From the NCBI GenBank assembly GCA_043228905.1, contig JBHGNT010000006.1, positions 13,640,001-13,704,000 of the forward strand: 64,000 bases of DNA, written 5' to 3'. Positions 21,510-33,867 of the stretch are shown in pieces; within the stretch, counting starts at the first letter, position 1; each line of letters opens with the position of its first letter. Under the pieces are notes generated by a model. That model saw nothing but the letters and a program-made list of their open reading frames with translations, was not told where the DNA came from and searched no databases. The translations under genes and the position numbers were made by a program. This stretch comes from Azolla caroliniana. Lineage: Eukaryota > Plantae > Polypodiophyta.

Positions 21510-23749
21510 CTTTCCAATTTTCTAAATGCCAAATCCTCTTTAGCTATAATATATGCACAATTAAACAATTTTTCAATTGCTACATCCACACTAGCTTTTT
21601 TCTTTGATGCACATTTTTAAGACCATTCTTGTCTCGTTCTTGTAACAAAATGGCATCTCGATGGGCCACACTTCTTGCATGCTCTTCTAATGCAAAAGTC
21701 TTAAAGTTTTTGGCACCTATTTTGCCAAATGAAGACTTACAATGAGGATCACTCCTACAATAACTACACCATAAAAGACCAGTTTCAAAATCCACTTGAA
21801 GCCACTTAAATTTAGTAAGTCAATCTTCTTGAAATTTTAGTTTTGCCTTACTAATTCTATTCATCGCACGAAGTAACTCTTGAGAGTGTTGATGGTCCTT
21901 TATAGGCTCTTCTGGAGACACATCTTCATTGGAATATGACAAGTTTTTCCTAAAGCTAGGCATTGTAAAGAGGTTGATTTGCTTTCCTTTGCCTTCCATA
22001 TTTTTGTTGTGGGACATACTTTAACACTAATGTAGAGAATGTTGGACTAACATAATCAATGGATTCCATTTACAAGAAGGGGAAACATACATACACAATC
22101 GATGTTTTCCAAAGAGAATAAACAAATTAAGATATCTGGTATATATTGAATATTACGAGGCAATAAAGGATCAAGTTTCACTATAGATCTTCCAATCTAT
22201 CAAAAAATAAAGAAGAAAGAGGATGGCTCACATTAGCTTATACACATACAAATCCATGTATGTAAATGTGAAAGACATTGAGGGAACAAATATATTGCAA
22301 ACATTATTGAAGGAAAAGATCAAGAGAAAAAAGGTAGTGTATATATTAAAACAAGAGGACAATACAAATGCAAGGTAATAATGCTTGTCGAGTTTTCATG
22401 AACCCATAAATAATTGAGTTTGAACTCATAAGATGTAATAGAACAAAAAATTGATTGAATGTAATATGTTTACCAAGAAACAAATGATTAAAAATAATAT
22501 TTTTTGGAGTTTAGAGATTTGTGCAAGTCGGAAAAAGAAACTTGGAGTTAAATATACAAATATGAAACGTTTCACCATTTAAATGATCCATGAAAGATAA
22601 ATAAGAGTGTTAAACAACTAGATGTAATTACCAACATGCCAAGAGTCTTATTTTGTGCCTTTATAAGGTTGAATCTCAACATTAATGAAGGCCCTTAGAC
22701 GAGTGTCTTGCAAAACTGTTTCATACATAGTAAGTCGATTGTCAGTAGCTCTATAGCATAGGGTCACTTCCCAATGAGATATAGCATTGGAGAGAGTTGT
22801 GGAGTACAACTTTAGAGAATTTCATGGGAAGTAAAAATGTTAAAAAGACGGAACAACAAATATGTGAGTTCACATGGATGCAAGATATACAAAAATGGTT
22901 TGGAAAATGGTATGCACCACATGTGAGAGCTTGAGAGAGATGTGGAGTTTCATCCTCCACACATTCATTGGTGAAACTCTTGAATGCCAAGAGTCACTAA
23001 GGAACTCTGCACATACTAGGTGTAGATGTGGCACCTTGGTTCCATAAACCATACTTCATATTATTAAAAGAAACTTTTCGTATCAGTCTTAGAGAAGATT
23101 TTGTAAGTGTCATCAACATGTATATATTTGTTCCATTGAATTTCCATTACATTCAAAGTAAGTTAAATGTATGACCCTATGAAACGTTTCGGCAAGCCTT
23201 TTTGTGAATAACCCAATTTGGGAGTACATAGAAATTTCCTATGGTATTCAACATTAGTGAAGCTTCAAGACTTGCTAGGAGTACAAGGAACCTTACCATT
23301 GACCTTCTAGGCGCAATTAAATGAACATTTTGTCATGAACAATTGATCAATCAAACACTCTTGATATTGTCATTAAAGATAAATGTCTTCGCTACAAATT
23401 TGGTGCCATGCAAATTTGTACATATGTGATAATATGTATAGTTGACGTGTTTTTTTTCAACCACAATGGATTACTACAAACCAGGAACTAAAGAAAAATG
23501 CACAAAATAGTGTACCTTTAGCAATATTATTGAATTTCAATGTGTTTCGTTTGGTCTTAAAAAAACCACATTCTCATTTTTTTACCGTATAGAAAAACAA
23601 AGGATAGAAAACATATTCAAAGCAAGAGAAAAACAAAGAAAACAGAAAAAAAAGAGAAAATAGAGAGAATTCATAAACAAAGAAAGAAAAACCTACGTAC
23701 TTCAGAGTGGTAGAATGGCCAACAACAAATGTCGTACAATCAATCAGAA

Positions 23750-24075
23750 GCGATACGGAGCAGCGAATAGCAAGCGAGCATGGAGGAGCAATCGGCAACA
23801 GGCGAGTTGGGATGAGCAATCGGCAACGAGCGAGTAGGGAGGAACAATTGACAAAGAGCGAGTAGGGAGGAGCAATGGGCAATGAGGGAGCAGGGAGGAG
23901 CAATGGGAAACAAGTGAGCAGGGAGGAGCAATCAACAACAACCGAGTAGGGAGGAGCAATCAACAACGAGTGAGCAAGGAGGAACAATCGACAACGAGCG
24001 AGCAGGAGTAGGGAGGAGCAATCGGCACCGAGCAAGTAGGGAGGAGCAATTAGCAACGAGCAAGCAAGGAACAAG
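23750..24075. repeat. Degenerate ~29-bp tandem repeat (GGAGGAGCAATCGGCAACGAGCGAGTAG) in the hAT subterminal region
   Basis: About 11 recognisable units; accounts for the repetitive ORFs at 23574-24262. Confidence 0.85.
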
Positions 24076-24739
24076 GAAGGAATAGCAAAGCATGAAACAA
24101 CGCGACGCGAAGAAGAAAGAATGGAGCAACGCTTCGTGAAGAATGGAACAGATAGGGAAAAGTGAGCAGCACGAAGAGGGAAAACAATGATTTGTAAACA
24201 ATACGAAAGAAGGAAGAACAAGGGAAAAGGGGGGTAAAAGAAAAATTTACATACATAGACAAAAAGTTTTTCTAATCTATATAAATAGCCGGCTCATAAA
24301 ATATGAACCGGCTAGATTCCGGCCAACTGGAAAACTTGGCCGGAATCAATTTCGGATGTCTCTCATGGTGACCGGCAAAAGTCCCAATTGAACCAAAACC
24401 TTGACATTGTTCTTGGGACTTTGCCCAACACTGTTTATGACTCTCTAATGATTTTGAATATAGACTATATGTATACAAATACAAATATATTTTTTATATA
24501 ATACACATTTTGGGATATAAACAATAATATTGTATAAATTAAATTTTATGTATATGATAATGACTAGTGTGTAGATATATTAATATAATGTATAAAATAT
24601 ATTTTATATAATAATAATATCTTTTTTTATTGGACATTAGATTGAGGGAGCTTATGTATATAGAGGCACTTATCATTTGTTTCAATCTCTTATATTAGCC
24701 TAAGCACATGATTTAGAGAGGTTTGTTGGATCTTAAGCC

Positions 24740-27438
24740 ATGAGTGAAAACTCACCGTTTTCGATTGAAGAGTATTGTTTGTCGACAGAATCATTGTTTT
24801 CGGTTGAATAGTATTGTTTGTCGACAGAAGCATCATTTTCTGTCAAAGAATATTGTTTGAGCTCATCTTCTCCTATACCGCCTGTGAATAACAACTCATG
24901 TGAAGAGTTCTTTATCAAAGCATATGACTACAATAAACATACAAACAATGAAGGTAATGCCAATGAAACATTGAAGATCATGGGGGGGTCAAGCTAACAA
25001 CAACATAATTGTCTCTTATGTGGTTACACCTATTTCTATTCAAGAAAAGCAATCGGCAAGCCCTATGCAAATCAGGAGAATCCCACGTAGAATACGTCGA
25101 GCAAGATTTAACTTGGTGACATCATATAAGAAACTTGGATTTGATGTCAACAAAACATGTTGTGCCCGTGGTTGTATGTCTATGATTGGAAAGGCAAAGT
25201 TGTGTGAATTAAGGCATTACTATTTTTCGGTGATTGGGGATGAGCAAGACACTTACCTCGGGTCACATATGTTATTGGTGTCTGACAACTCTTTGGGGAT
25301 CAAAGTATCATTCGAGTATTATATCTTTCATGCGCAACAATTATGTAGAGTGGCATTCAAAATTGCGCTATGTGTTAGTAACATGCGGCTACATAGAGTA
25401 CAACAACGTCTTCTTAGTGGGGATCACGCTATCAATTGTAAAGATGTTCCAAGCATGAAAGGTGCAACTGGAAGACATGTTATTGGTTGGATGAAAATTT
25501 ACTTCAAGTTAAATTGTGAAGTAATGCCTACTACATGCAGGATCCACCTCTTTGATAATTACACATGTCGAGAAGTTTATGATGTGTATCAATCAGAAAT
25601 GCTATTATCAAGTGATAATACGTCACGTACAACCAGTTCACAAGATTGTGGAGAACATGGTTTTCAAATGTTGTTATTCTGCGGAAAGTATGGCTAAAGG
25701 TGCGAAGACAACAACGGAAAAGGATATGAGTAAGAAGTTACTACATGAGCATCGTGAAGCACAATTGTTAGAACAAAAGAAGGCGATGCATCATAGAGAG
25801 AAGTGTTTGAAGAGTTCCAAACAGTACATGTGCTTAATGATCGATGGCATGGACCAAAAGAAGACGTGTTTACCTCATATGCGGAGGCTTCCAAAGACAT
25901 CAATGATGAGTGCCTTATTCAAATGCACTTGGTGGGATGTTTGGCTTATAATAGGTCAGTTAGACCTCACGTCTTCATTACATACCCCAATGTTCACAAT
26001 GACCCTAACCTAAACAGTTACAGTGATTCACTAGGTTTTGATGTCTTGGGGCTAGCCGTTCCCCCCTGTTCTCTACATTCAATTGGACAATACTGCTAGA
26101 GAGAACAAAAATTCAACTGTGTTCGGCTATTTAAGTATGTTGGTCAACCAAGGATTATTTAGAAAAGTGAAAGTCAATTTTCTTTTGGTTGGGCACACGC
26201 ATGATGTTTAGCACATTCTCTAGACGGTTGTCTCAGCATGATGCTTTCACATTACCAAAACTATTTGATGTCATTTGTGATGCATACACACCACGACAAA
26301 AAGTGTTACACTTGAAGGAGATATATGACTTCAAAAGATATATATTAGATGGGGGGGATGGGATGTTAAAGTGCTTGCCCATTTAAACAATATAAGCTTC
26401 AATCACAATTTTTTTATAAAGAAAATTGATACAAGCAGTTCTACGCTTTTGTATGACAAGCAATATTCATCTTCGACAAAATGGGAACCTGAAGGTGGTT
26501 GTCAGTTCTTACTTTGTATGCCAAGTACAATAGTCTATGGAGCTAAAGAAATGTCAATTTAGATGAAAGGACAGTTGCATAGTGAGTTGGTAGAAGAACA
26601 AAAACACTTATGGCTCCAAGCCGTAACAGAAAAAAGGAAGCAATATATTGAGGCCGCAAAGAAATATGTCGCACAACAAGACACATCATGGTGGGATGTG
26701 TTTTTTAGTGATCGAAAAGGAATTATTGACAATTGTGTATCTGATGATAATTGGACTTTGGAAATGTCATTCACATGGTTGCTACAACATGATCATGTAA
26801 ATAAATCTCCGGAGCAAGCAACTAATGCGATTAATGAAAGTTTGGTCCATCCACAACAAAGAGACATTTATGTGGGACCAAGGATGACCAAACTAGCTGA
26901 AGCTAGATGGCAAGACAATTTGCAAGAGCTCGCGGTGGGGATGTTGATTGCAATACCTACTAATGACAACGAATAAGGCCACCAATTTTGGATTGGTAAA
27001 ATTCTAGAAGTGTTGATGCATGAAATAGAAAACACGAGCAAGTCTATAAAAGTGCATTGGTACAACTCTAGAAGTCAAAATGCTTTTACGGGTAAGTATA
27101 CATTGGAGATGATGGAATGCCCGACAACAAGGGGATGTAGAAAGAGGAAGCGAAACATTTGTAATACCTTGACCCTTGATATCTCTAATGTGGATATCAC
27201 TGTGTACGACTTCACGCTTACAAAAGTTGGACGTTTAAGGAACTCAACAATAGATATAGTAAAAGAAAAATTACCAAGTCTAGAAGGTGGCTCGAGTCGA
27301 AGGCAAACGAGATCTGTTGCACATAATCTAGAGTCACACCATTTGGTTTATGATGAAGATAATGCATTGATTGGTACATCCAAGGATGACGAGGAGGAAT
27401 CCTCATTGTATATTAGCTATAGTAGTGATTCTCCGTAA
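24740..27438 (+). pseudogene. DUF7869/Sola-like DDE-type transposase with Cys-rich N-terminus and Tudor/BAH-like C-terminus
   Basis: ATG at 24740 with three 13-codon repeats, then CCARGC and LCRVAF. Motifs LMIDGMDQKKTCLPH (~25835) and, by manual translation, LYIQLDNTARENKN..FLLVGHTH (26071-26203). The expected acidic residues after GHTH are deleted. C-terminal VGMLIAI..FWIGKILEV..IKVHWY. Family assignment is from remembered motifs. Confidence 0.72.
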
Positions 27439-27719
27439 AGGAGTGATCATGAATGTATTTTTGGCTATTAAGTGTAACTACCTTCTGCTTGTAACAAATC
27501 GAGTAATATAAAAGCATGTGTTTTGAATTATTTCGATTCTTGTGAATATCGTTTCTTATGAAAAACATTGATTGTAAAGTTTATGATATAAATTGAGGAT
27601 GTAATTTTTTGAAATTTCACTTTTTTTATTTATTTAAATCATGAAAATGGTGGATTTTTAACCTTTTTCATAGTATATTTGAGAATCTATGATACTGGTA
27701 TCAATGTGTTTTGTATTAT

Positions 27720-30700
27720 TGAAGAGAATAGCATGCGGAAGCAATAGAAAACCGAACACAGAAAATACGCAGGTTTAATGGAGAGCTTGAATGTACACAG
27801 TACGCCCAAGAGACAGAGCAAACACTCAGAAAACTAAATTCAAAATAATATTCAATCTGTACATACACTGTGCTCAATGAGCACCTTTTATACAAGCCCT
27901 GACAATAGGGCTGACACAAGTACTGACAGTACTTGAATGCTCATAAAGGAGCCTACTACACTAACTCCCAAAATTATTCCTTACGAGGAATACCCTACTA
28001 ACAGCCTTCCGGTTTACGCACTGATACGGCCACGTTATGCGTACTATTTTACGTACCCAGTCTACGCACTAGGTTACGCACCGTATTACGCACTAATGTT
28101 GAGCTTGTCTCTCAACACTCCCCCTCAAGCTCAACTTGAGGTTCCACCTACTCCGCCCGATCTACACTCTAGTTCCTTCTGGCTTCACGCCTCGCTCGCG
28201 CTCCTCAACCCTTCCGATCGGCTTATCTGCTTACATGACCCTTCTCGGCTTCCTTGCTATTGCGGTGTTGGCGCCTCTTCTGCTGCCTTCTCTTCGGCTT
28301 GACCCTTGGTTGATTCAGCGTATCCGAATCAAACATCTGAATCGACTCGGCTTCCTCCGATCGGTTTTCGCTCTCGTCCGAGTTGGTTGTCTCCAACTTG
28401 TCTTCGGTCTTCTCGCCCTTGATGGCTTCGTCTCCCCCACGCTTGGTTGGCTTCGGCTCTTTCTTTCGACTGCTCCCCTTATGTCCGCTTTCGGACTCTT
28501 CCACGGATCCGCCCTTAGCTTCTTCAACCAATCCGACATCCAACTCGGCATCATGGTCTTTTCCGCTCCTTTCCTGCTCCCTTCCATGGTCATCCGGGAC
28601 GTCTCTCCCCCTCAAGTTCGGTACGTCGAGGTGACGCAACCCAAGCGCTCCCGAGAATTGCCGTAACTTGTCCAGACCAAGAGGCTTGGTGAAGACGTCG
28701 GCGGTCTGCCGATCCGTCAGAACATATTGAAGTTCGACTTCACCGGAGAGGACACGCTCACGCACGAAATGGTAGTGCACCTCAATGTGCTTAGTCCGGG
28801 CGTGAAAGACGGGGTTCTTAGCTAGCTAGATGTTGCTGAGGTTGTCACAGTGGATTATCGTTGGATCAGATACATCCACCTGCAGATCCTTAAGTAGCTG
28901 CTTCAACCATATGGCTTCGCATGTCACGACAACCGCTCCTCTATACTCGGCTTCGGTGCTCGACAGCGCAACTATCAATTGCTTCTTGCTACTCCACGCG
29001 ATCGCGGCACTCCCAAGAGAGAACGCGAAACCGGACGTGGATCGGCGATCGCCGGCGTTTCCGGCCCAATCAGCATCGGTGTAACCGACCAACTGCGTTG
29101 CGCGGCAGTATCAGTCTGATATAGTAGCCCCGGTCCTTAGTGCCATTGACATACCGGAGTATGCGTTGTGCACATTGAAGGTACTCCTCGGTCGATCGCA
29201 GCATGAACTGAATAATCGCCCCGACCGGGTAGCTGAGATCTAGTTGGGTGATGGTCAAGTATATAAGGCTTCCGACTATCTGTCGGAACCTCATCGGGTC
29301 ACATACCTTCCCGGAATCAGGGCGAAGCTTGACGGTTCTATCCAGAGGAGTCGAGACCAACTTATAATCGGCCATCCCGAATTTGAAGAGCATACTCATC
29401 ACATAATGTCATTGGCTGATCAGTATGCCTTCGGGGGTGCGGATCACTTCTATCCCGAGGAAGTAATGAAGGTCCCCCAGATCCTTCATGTCAAATGATG
29501 CCGCAAGTTGGAGCTTCACGCAGTCAATCTCACCTAGGTCGGCGTCGGTGATGACCAAGTCATCAACATAAAGTAAAATGCCAACCGGCCCGAGTCGACC
29601 TGTCCGGATGAACAATGAGGAATCCGATTTGGACGTTGCAAAGCCCATCCGATGCAATCATTGCGTGATCTTCGCGTTCCAGGCACGTGGGGCTTGCTTT
29701 AGTCCATAAAGGGACTTCTTCAATCGGCACACCGCCGAAGTGTTCGTTCCGGAGTGAAATCCGGGGGGTTGTACCATGTACACCTGTTCCTCAAGCTCAC
29801 CTTGCAGGAACGCATTCTTTACATCTATCTGATGTAAGTGTCACCCCTTTGACGCAGCTACCGCGAGCAAAACACGGATGGTCGTCATCTTCGCGACCGG
29901 CGCAAACGTCTCATCGTAGTCGATGTCGTGTTTCTGCGCGTAGCCTTTCGCTACTAACCGGGCCTTGTATTGGTTGACCAAGCCGTCAGTGTTGTACTTG
30001 ACCTTGTACACCCACATGCATCCGATCGGCTTCACACCCTTTGGTGCGTCAACCAGCTCCCAGGTTTCATTCTCTGCCAATGCGCGCATCTCTTCCTCCA
30101 TTGCGGCGCGTCAATTTGCATCCTTCGCCGCCTTTGCGTAGCTCTTTGGCTCACCCACTTCCGCTACACGGGTCATGTACGCATAGTGATGCGCCAGGTA
30201 CTCATTGTAACCGAACCGCACAACAAGGTTCTTCTGGTGGGTAGACCAGTGTAATTGCTCATTAGCCGATGGCTATCTTAGCGGACTTCGCTCTCGAAGA
30301 CGCGTCATCACTGCCCTTGGAGTCGGACTCGCGTCGATCCGACTCGTTACTATCCGTGTCGTAATCCGACACCTTGTTCTTCCCTTTTTCCTTGCGCGTA
30401 GACCGTCTCCTCGGCTTCCTGCGCGGGGAATGCATGACCGAGTCTCCACTACTCGTCGGCTCTTCATCGGACTAGTCAAACCGACTCAATCGTCCAGCCG
30501 GTCCGCTTAACCGAAACGAAATCAGACTCTCTTCGGGTGGGTCCCGATTTCAGGCTCATCCGGAGGCATCTCGGCCTCGCTGACTGCATCATCAAAACTC
30601 GGATTGGAGGTGAGGTCCGGAGTCGGAGGCAAGTACCAGGACGCAGACTCGTCAAACACAACGTCGCGGCTCACGCCTGCTTGTTTGGTGTGAGGGTTAT

Positions 30701-33308
30701 AACACTTATAACCCTTCTGCTTGTCCGAATAGCTGACCAAGATACACTTCTCGGCTTTCGCGTCCAACTTCCTCCACTTCTCCTTCGGTACATACACATA
30801 CACAATGCTACCGAAAACTCTCAAGTGTCGCAGATTCGGCTTCCTTCTGAAATACAGCTCATGCGTACACCACGGGTCGTACCGCCTCAGCCCTATAGAA
30901 CTTGGGCAAGCTCTTCTCCTCCAGCATTGCCCGTGCCGCTTCTACAATTGACCGGTTCTTCCTCTCGGCCATGCCATTTTGCTCCGGCGTGTATCTACAA
31001 CTGAATTCGCGCTGAATTCCCATTTGTTGCAGATAGTCGTTGAATTGACCGGAAAAGTACTCTTTTCCGCCATCCGACCGCAACCACTTGATCTTTCGTC
31101 CTGTTTCCGTTTCCACAAATCCTTTGAGGTCCCGGAAACAGTCGAAGACTTCATTCTTCTATGAAGGAGACAAAATATCGACTCCCGCCAAGACTAACGT
31201 TCTGTGCTGGTTCCCATACATCGGAATGTATCAAGTCGAGCTTGTTCCGGCTCCGGTTACACTCGTTGGGGAAAGGAAGTCCGTGTTGCTTCCCTAGCTG
31301 GCAGGCTTCACAAATTCATGCCTTCCGGCCACTAAATTTGGGCAATCCGAACACCACCTATTTCAATTGCAGGTCTTGAAGCTGTTGATAGTTGACGTGG
31401 CCTATCCGCTTGTGCCATAAGTCGATATCCGACTCAATTTTTTGTCCTTTCGCGAACATAGCGGTGCCACCGTCACTACAGTCGAGGATAAACATCCTCC
31501 TGTCTCTGCGTCCTTGCGCAATAACTTGGCCTTCTTCTTCGATAAAGCACTGAAGATGTGTGAACCGAACTTGCATCCCCTAGTCGACGATTTGCCCGAC
31601 CGACACCAGATTCTTCGTGATTGTCAGGACATGTAACACGTTCATGAGTTTCCCTTTCTGCCTAACATGGCTCAGGGGAACTTCACCGACATTCGCAATC
31701 AGATGCGAAGTGTTGTCTTCGGTTGCGACTACTCCCGGTTGCATCAGTTTCTCAAGGTATGAGAACCACTCCTTGTGGCACGTCATGTGGTTTGACGCAC
31801 CGAAGTCAATGTACCACACCTCGTCCAATTCCGGGGTGGACATCTTCAATGAGTTCGCTTCGTGTCTCGTCATGAAGGCTGACCCTTTTTCGGCTTTTCC
31901 CAATCCTTCGGCGTAGTGTGATCACTGCCAATTTCCTTTATCGATCTATCCGAAACCTGATCCGGGTCCGGTCCTCTCTAAATCGGCGCGCTTCTTCCAA
32001 CACTCGCTCTCCTTGTGGCCTTTATTTGCCACAGTACCAGCATTCCGCGACAGATTTCCCTTGCCGGTTCTCGTCGCCTCGACTCCCCCTGTTTCTAGAG
32101 GGTCCGGAATTGCTGTCGGCATCACTTCGGTGCCTTCTTCCTTGATCTCGTCGGCCGTCTCCATTGCGCACCAACTCGCCTCGTCCGCCACGACCACAGG
32201 GCCTATCTCCCTCCGTGTACAACATCTTGTTGTCAGCATGCGTGCTTGTTGACGCACCCGCGTGGTTCTCCTCTACAAGGAGCATCGATTGTAAGTCAAA
32301 AAACGACGGTGTATTCTCCCGTGTACACACCGCAGTTCGGAATGCTCTGAACTTCGATGCTAGTCCCCCGAGACAAATTTGCACCATCTCGCCTTCCTCG
32401 ACGTTCACATCGATAGAGGCTAAGGAGTCGCATATCTCTTTGCTCTTCGAGGTGTAATCAGCCACCGACAAGTCGCATTGTCATAGGTTGCTCAGCTCCT
32501 GTCGGAGTTGAAGCTTCCTGGCTGTAGTGCTTGTGGCGAAAATCTTCTTTAGATTTCCCCAAGCGTCTTTCGGCATTTTTGCATCCCGAATGTAGCTTAG
32601 GAGTTGTTCGCCCACACAAGACGCGAAGCAGTACAGTACTCTGCTCGCCGACTGTTCCCAAGCCGGGAAGTCTTTGTGTGTCGAATCAGGTGTTGTGTCA
32701 TTTGTTACGTCGACATAGCTCCAGTAACCATGCCCGAGCAGGTACTGGGCCATCTTGTAGGACCAAGACGCGTAGTTGTTTCTATCGAGCTTCTCGGTAG
32801 GAAGCGAGCTAGCCATGCCTCTACCCATTTGTTTTTCCTGTTCTTCTTGGTTAGTTTTCCTTTCAAGATATGTCGGTTGCAGAGGTTCTCAACCCTCGCG
32901 CTCTGATACCATGAAGAGAATAGCATGCGGAAGCAATAGAAAACCGAACACAGAAAATATGCAGGTTTAATGGAGAGCTTGAATGTACATAGTACGCGGG
33001 AGAGACAGAGCGAACACTCAGAAAACTAAATTCAAAATAATATTCAATCTGTACATACACCATGCTCAGTGAGCACCTTTTATACAAGCCCTGACAATAG
33101 GGCTGACACAAGTATTGATAGTACTTGAATGCTCATAAAGGAGCCTACTACACTAACTTCCAAAATTATTCCTTACGAGGAATACCATACTAACGACCTT
33201 CTAGTTTACGCACCGATACGGCCACGTTATGCATATTGTTTTACGCACCTAGTCTACGCACTGGGTTACGCACCGTATTACGCATAATGTTGAGCTTGTC
33301 TCTCAACA
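27720..33308 (-). mobile_element. Ty1/Copia retrotransposon 2, decayed
   Basis: LTRs at 27720-28117 and 32912-33308. TSD ATTAT. PBS TGGTATCAGAGC at 32900-32911. PPT at 28118-28129. Confidence 0.96.
28223..32828 (-). pseudogene. Copia 2 gag-pol fragments
   Basis: Gag (32481-32828, 32022-32471), PR (WYIDFGASNH), IN (30859-31116, 30522-30824), RT (29841-30101, 29409-29657), RNase H (28826-29092, 28223-28780). Confidence 0.92.
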
Positions 33309-33867
33309 ATTATCACTGAAAAAGTACTCAAATCAAACAGAATATTCCTTATCCTTCCATTTATGCGCGATCCTTCCACTTGTGAACATGAACATGTTTC
33401 CGGTGGCTCCAGCGATGATTGTTGCGTGAGTGCTGAGTCAGAAGTTTCTTCAGCTGGCTCGGTGCAGTGGGATGGTAACCGAGAGCGCGTGCTGCAGGTG
33501 GGCGCCGTAATGGCGACTGGGGGTTTCTTCCTGCGTTGTTCGTTGTGCGTCACAGCATGGACCTAGCAAGCCAAATTGTGTTATCTCCTTCTTCGGGGAT
33601 GACACCTTCGATTACTTTTCTGACTAATCAGGTCAAGGAACTATGGTTGCGTAGGAAGGTAGGATAGGGCCGAACAAACTGATGAACTATGAAACAGCCG
33701 GCCACAACCGGTCTTATCACTTATGCTTAAACTAGGATAAAAACGAGCATAAGGATGATTATTTATATAACTCCAAAAGATTGACCCGAAACATGTATGT
33801 ATTATATGATTTCTGCACAAATTGATTACACAGCTCACAGCCGATAGTACTGTTACTCTCTCTCTCT

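Larger units (their letters stand above)
3900..22017 (-). pseudogene. hAT transposase split into three blocks (22017-21515, 15831-14483, 4088-~3900)
   Basis: N-terminal TTF-like zinc finger (KWL..WCSYC..EHARSVAH). Catalytic motifs VDEATD, GSDGESVM and LHCCAH. hATC dimerisation motif CYSTT..ERGFSRLNLIKTK|NRLKSNAVDALIRISIEGP is split by the Ty3 insertion. Stops and frameshifts present. Confidence 0.9.
3532..24433 (-). mobile_element. hAT DNA transposon (ZNF862-like transposase) enlarged by nested LTR retrotransposons
   Basis: 17-bp TIR CAGTGTTGGGCAAAGTC at 3532 and its inverse GACTTTGCCCAACACTG ending at 24433. Perfect 8-bp TSD TTTATGAC at 3524-3531 and 24434-24441. Transposase fragments lie inside. 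Confidence 0.95.

Noticed and set aside
23574-24262. 215-aa Cys/Leu-rich minus-strand ORF and overlapping ORFs
   Set aside because: They are translations of the 29-bp tandem repeat and T-rich tracts.
28136-28666. 176-aa hydrophobic plus-strand ORF as an env-like or antisense gene
   Set aside because: It is the reverse complement of a purine-rich tail, has no ATG start and has no equivalent in related Copia 3.
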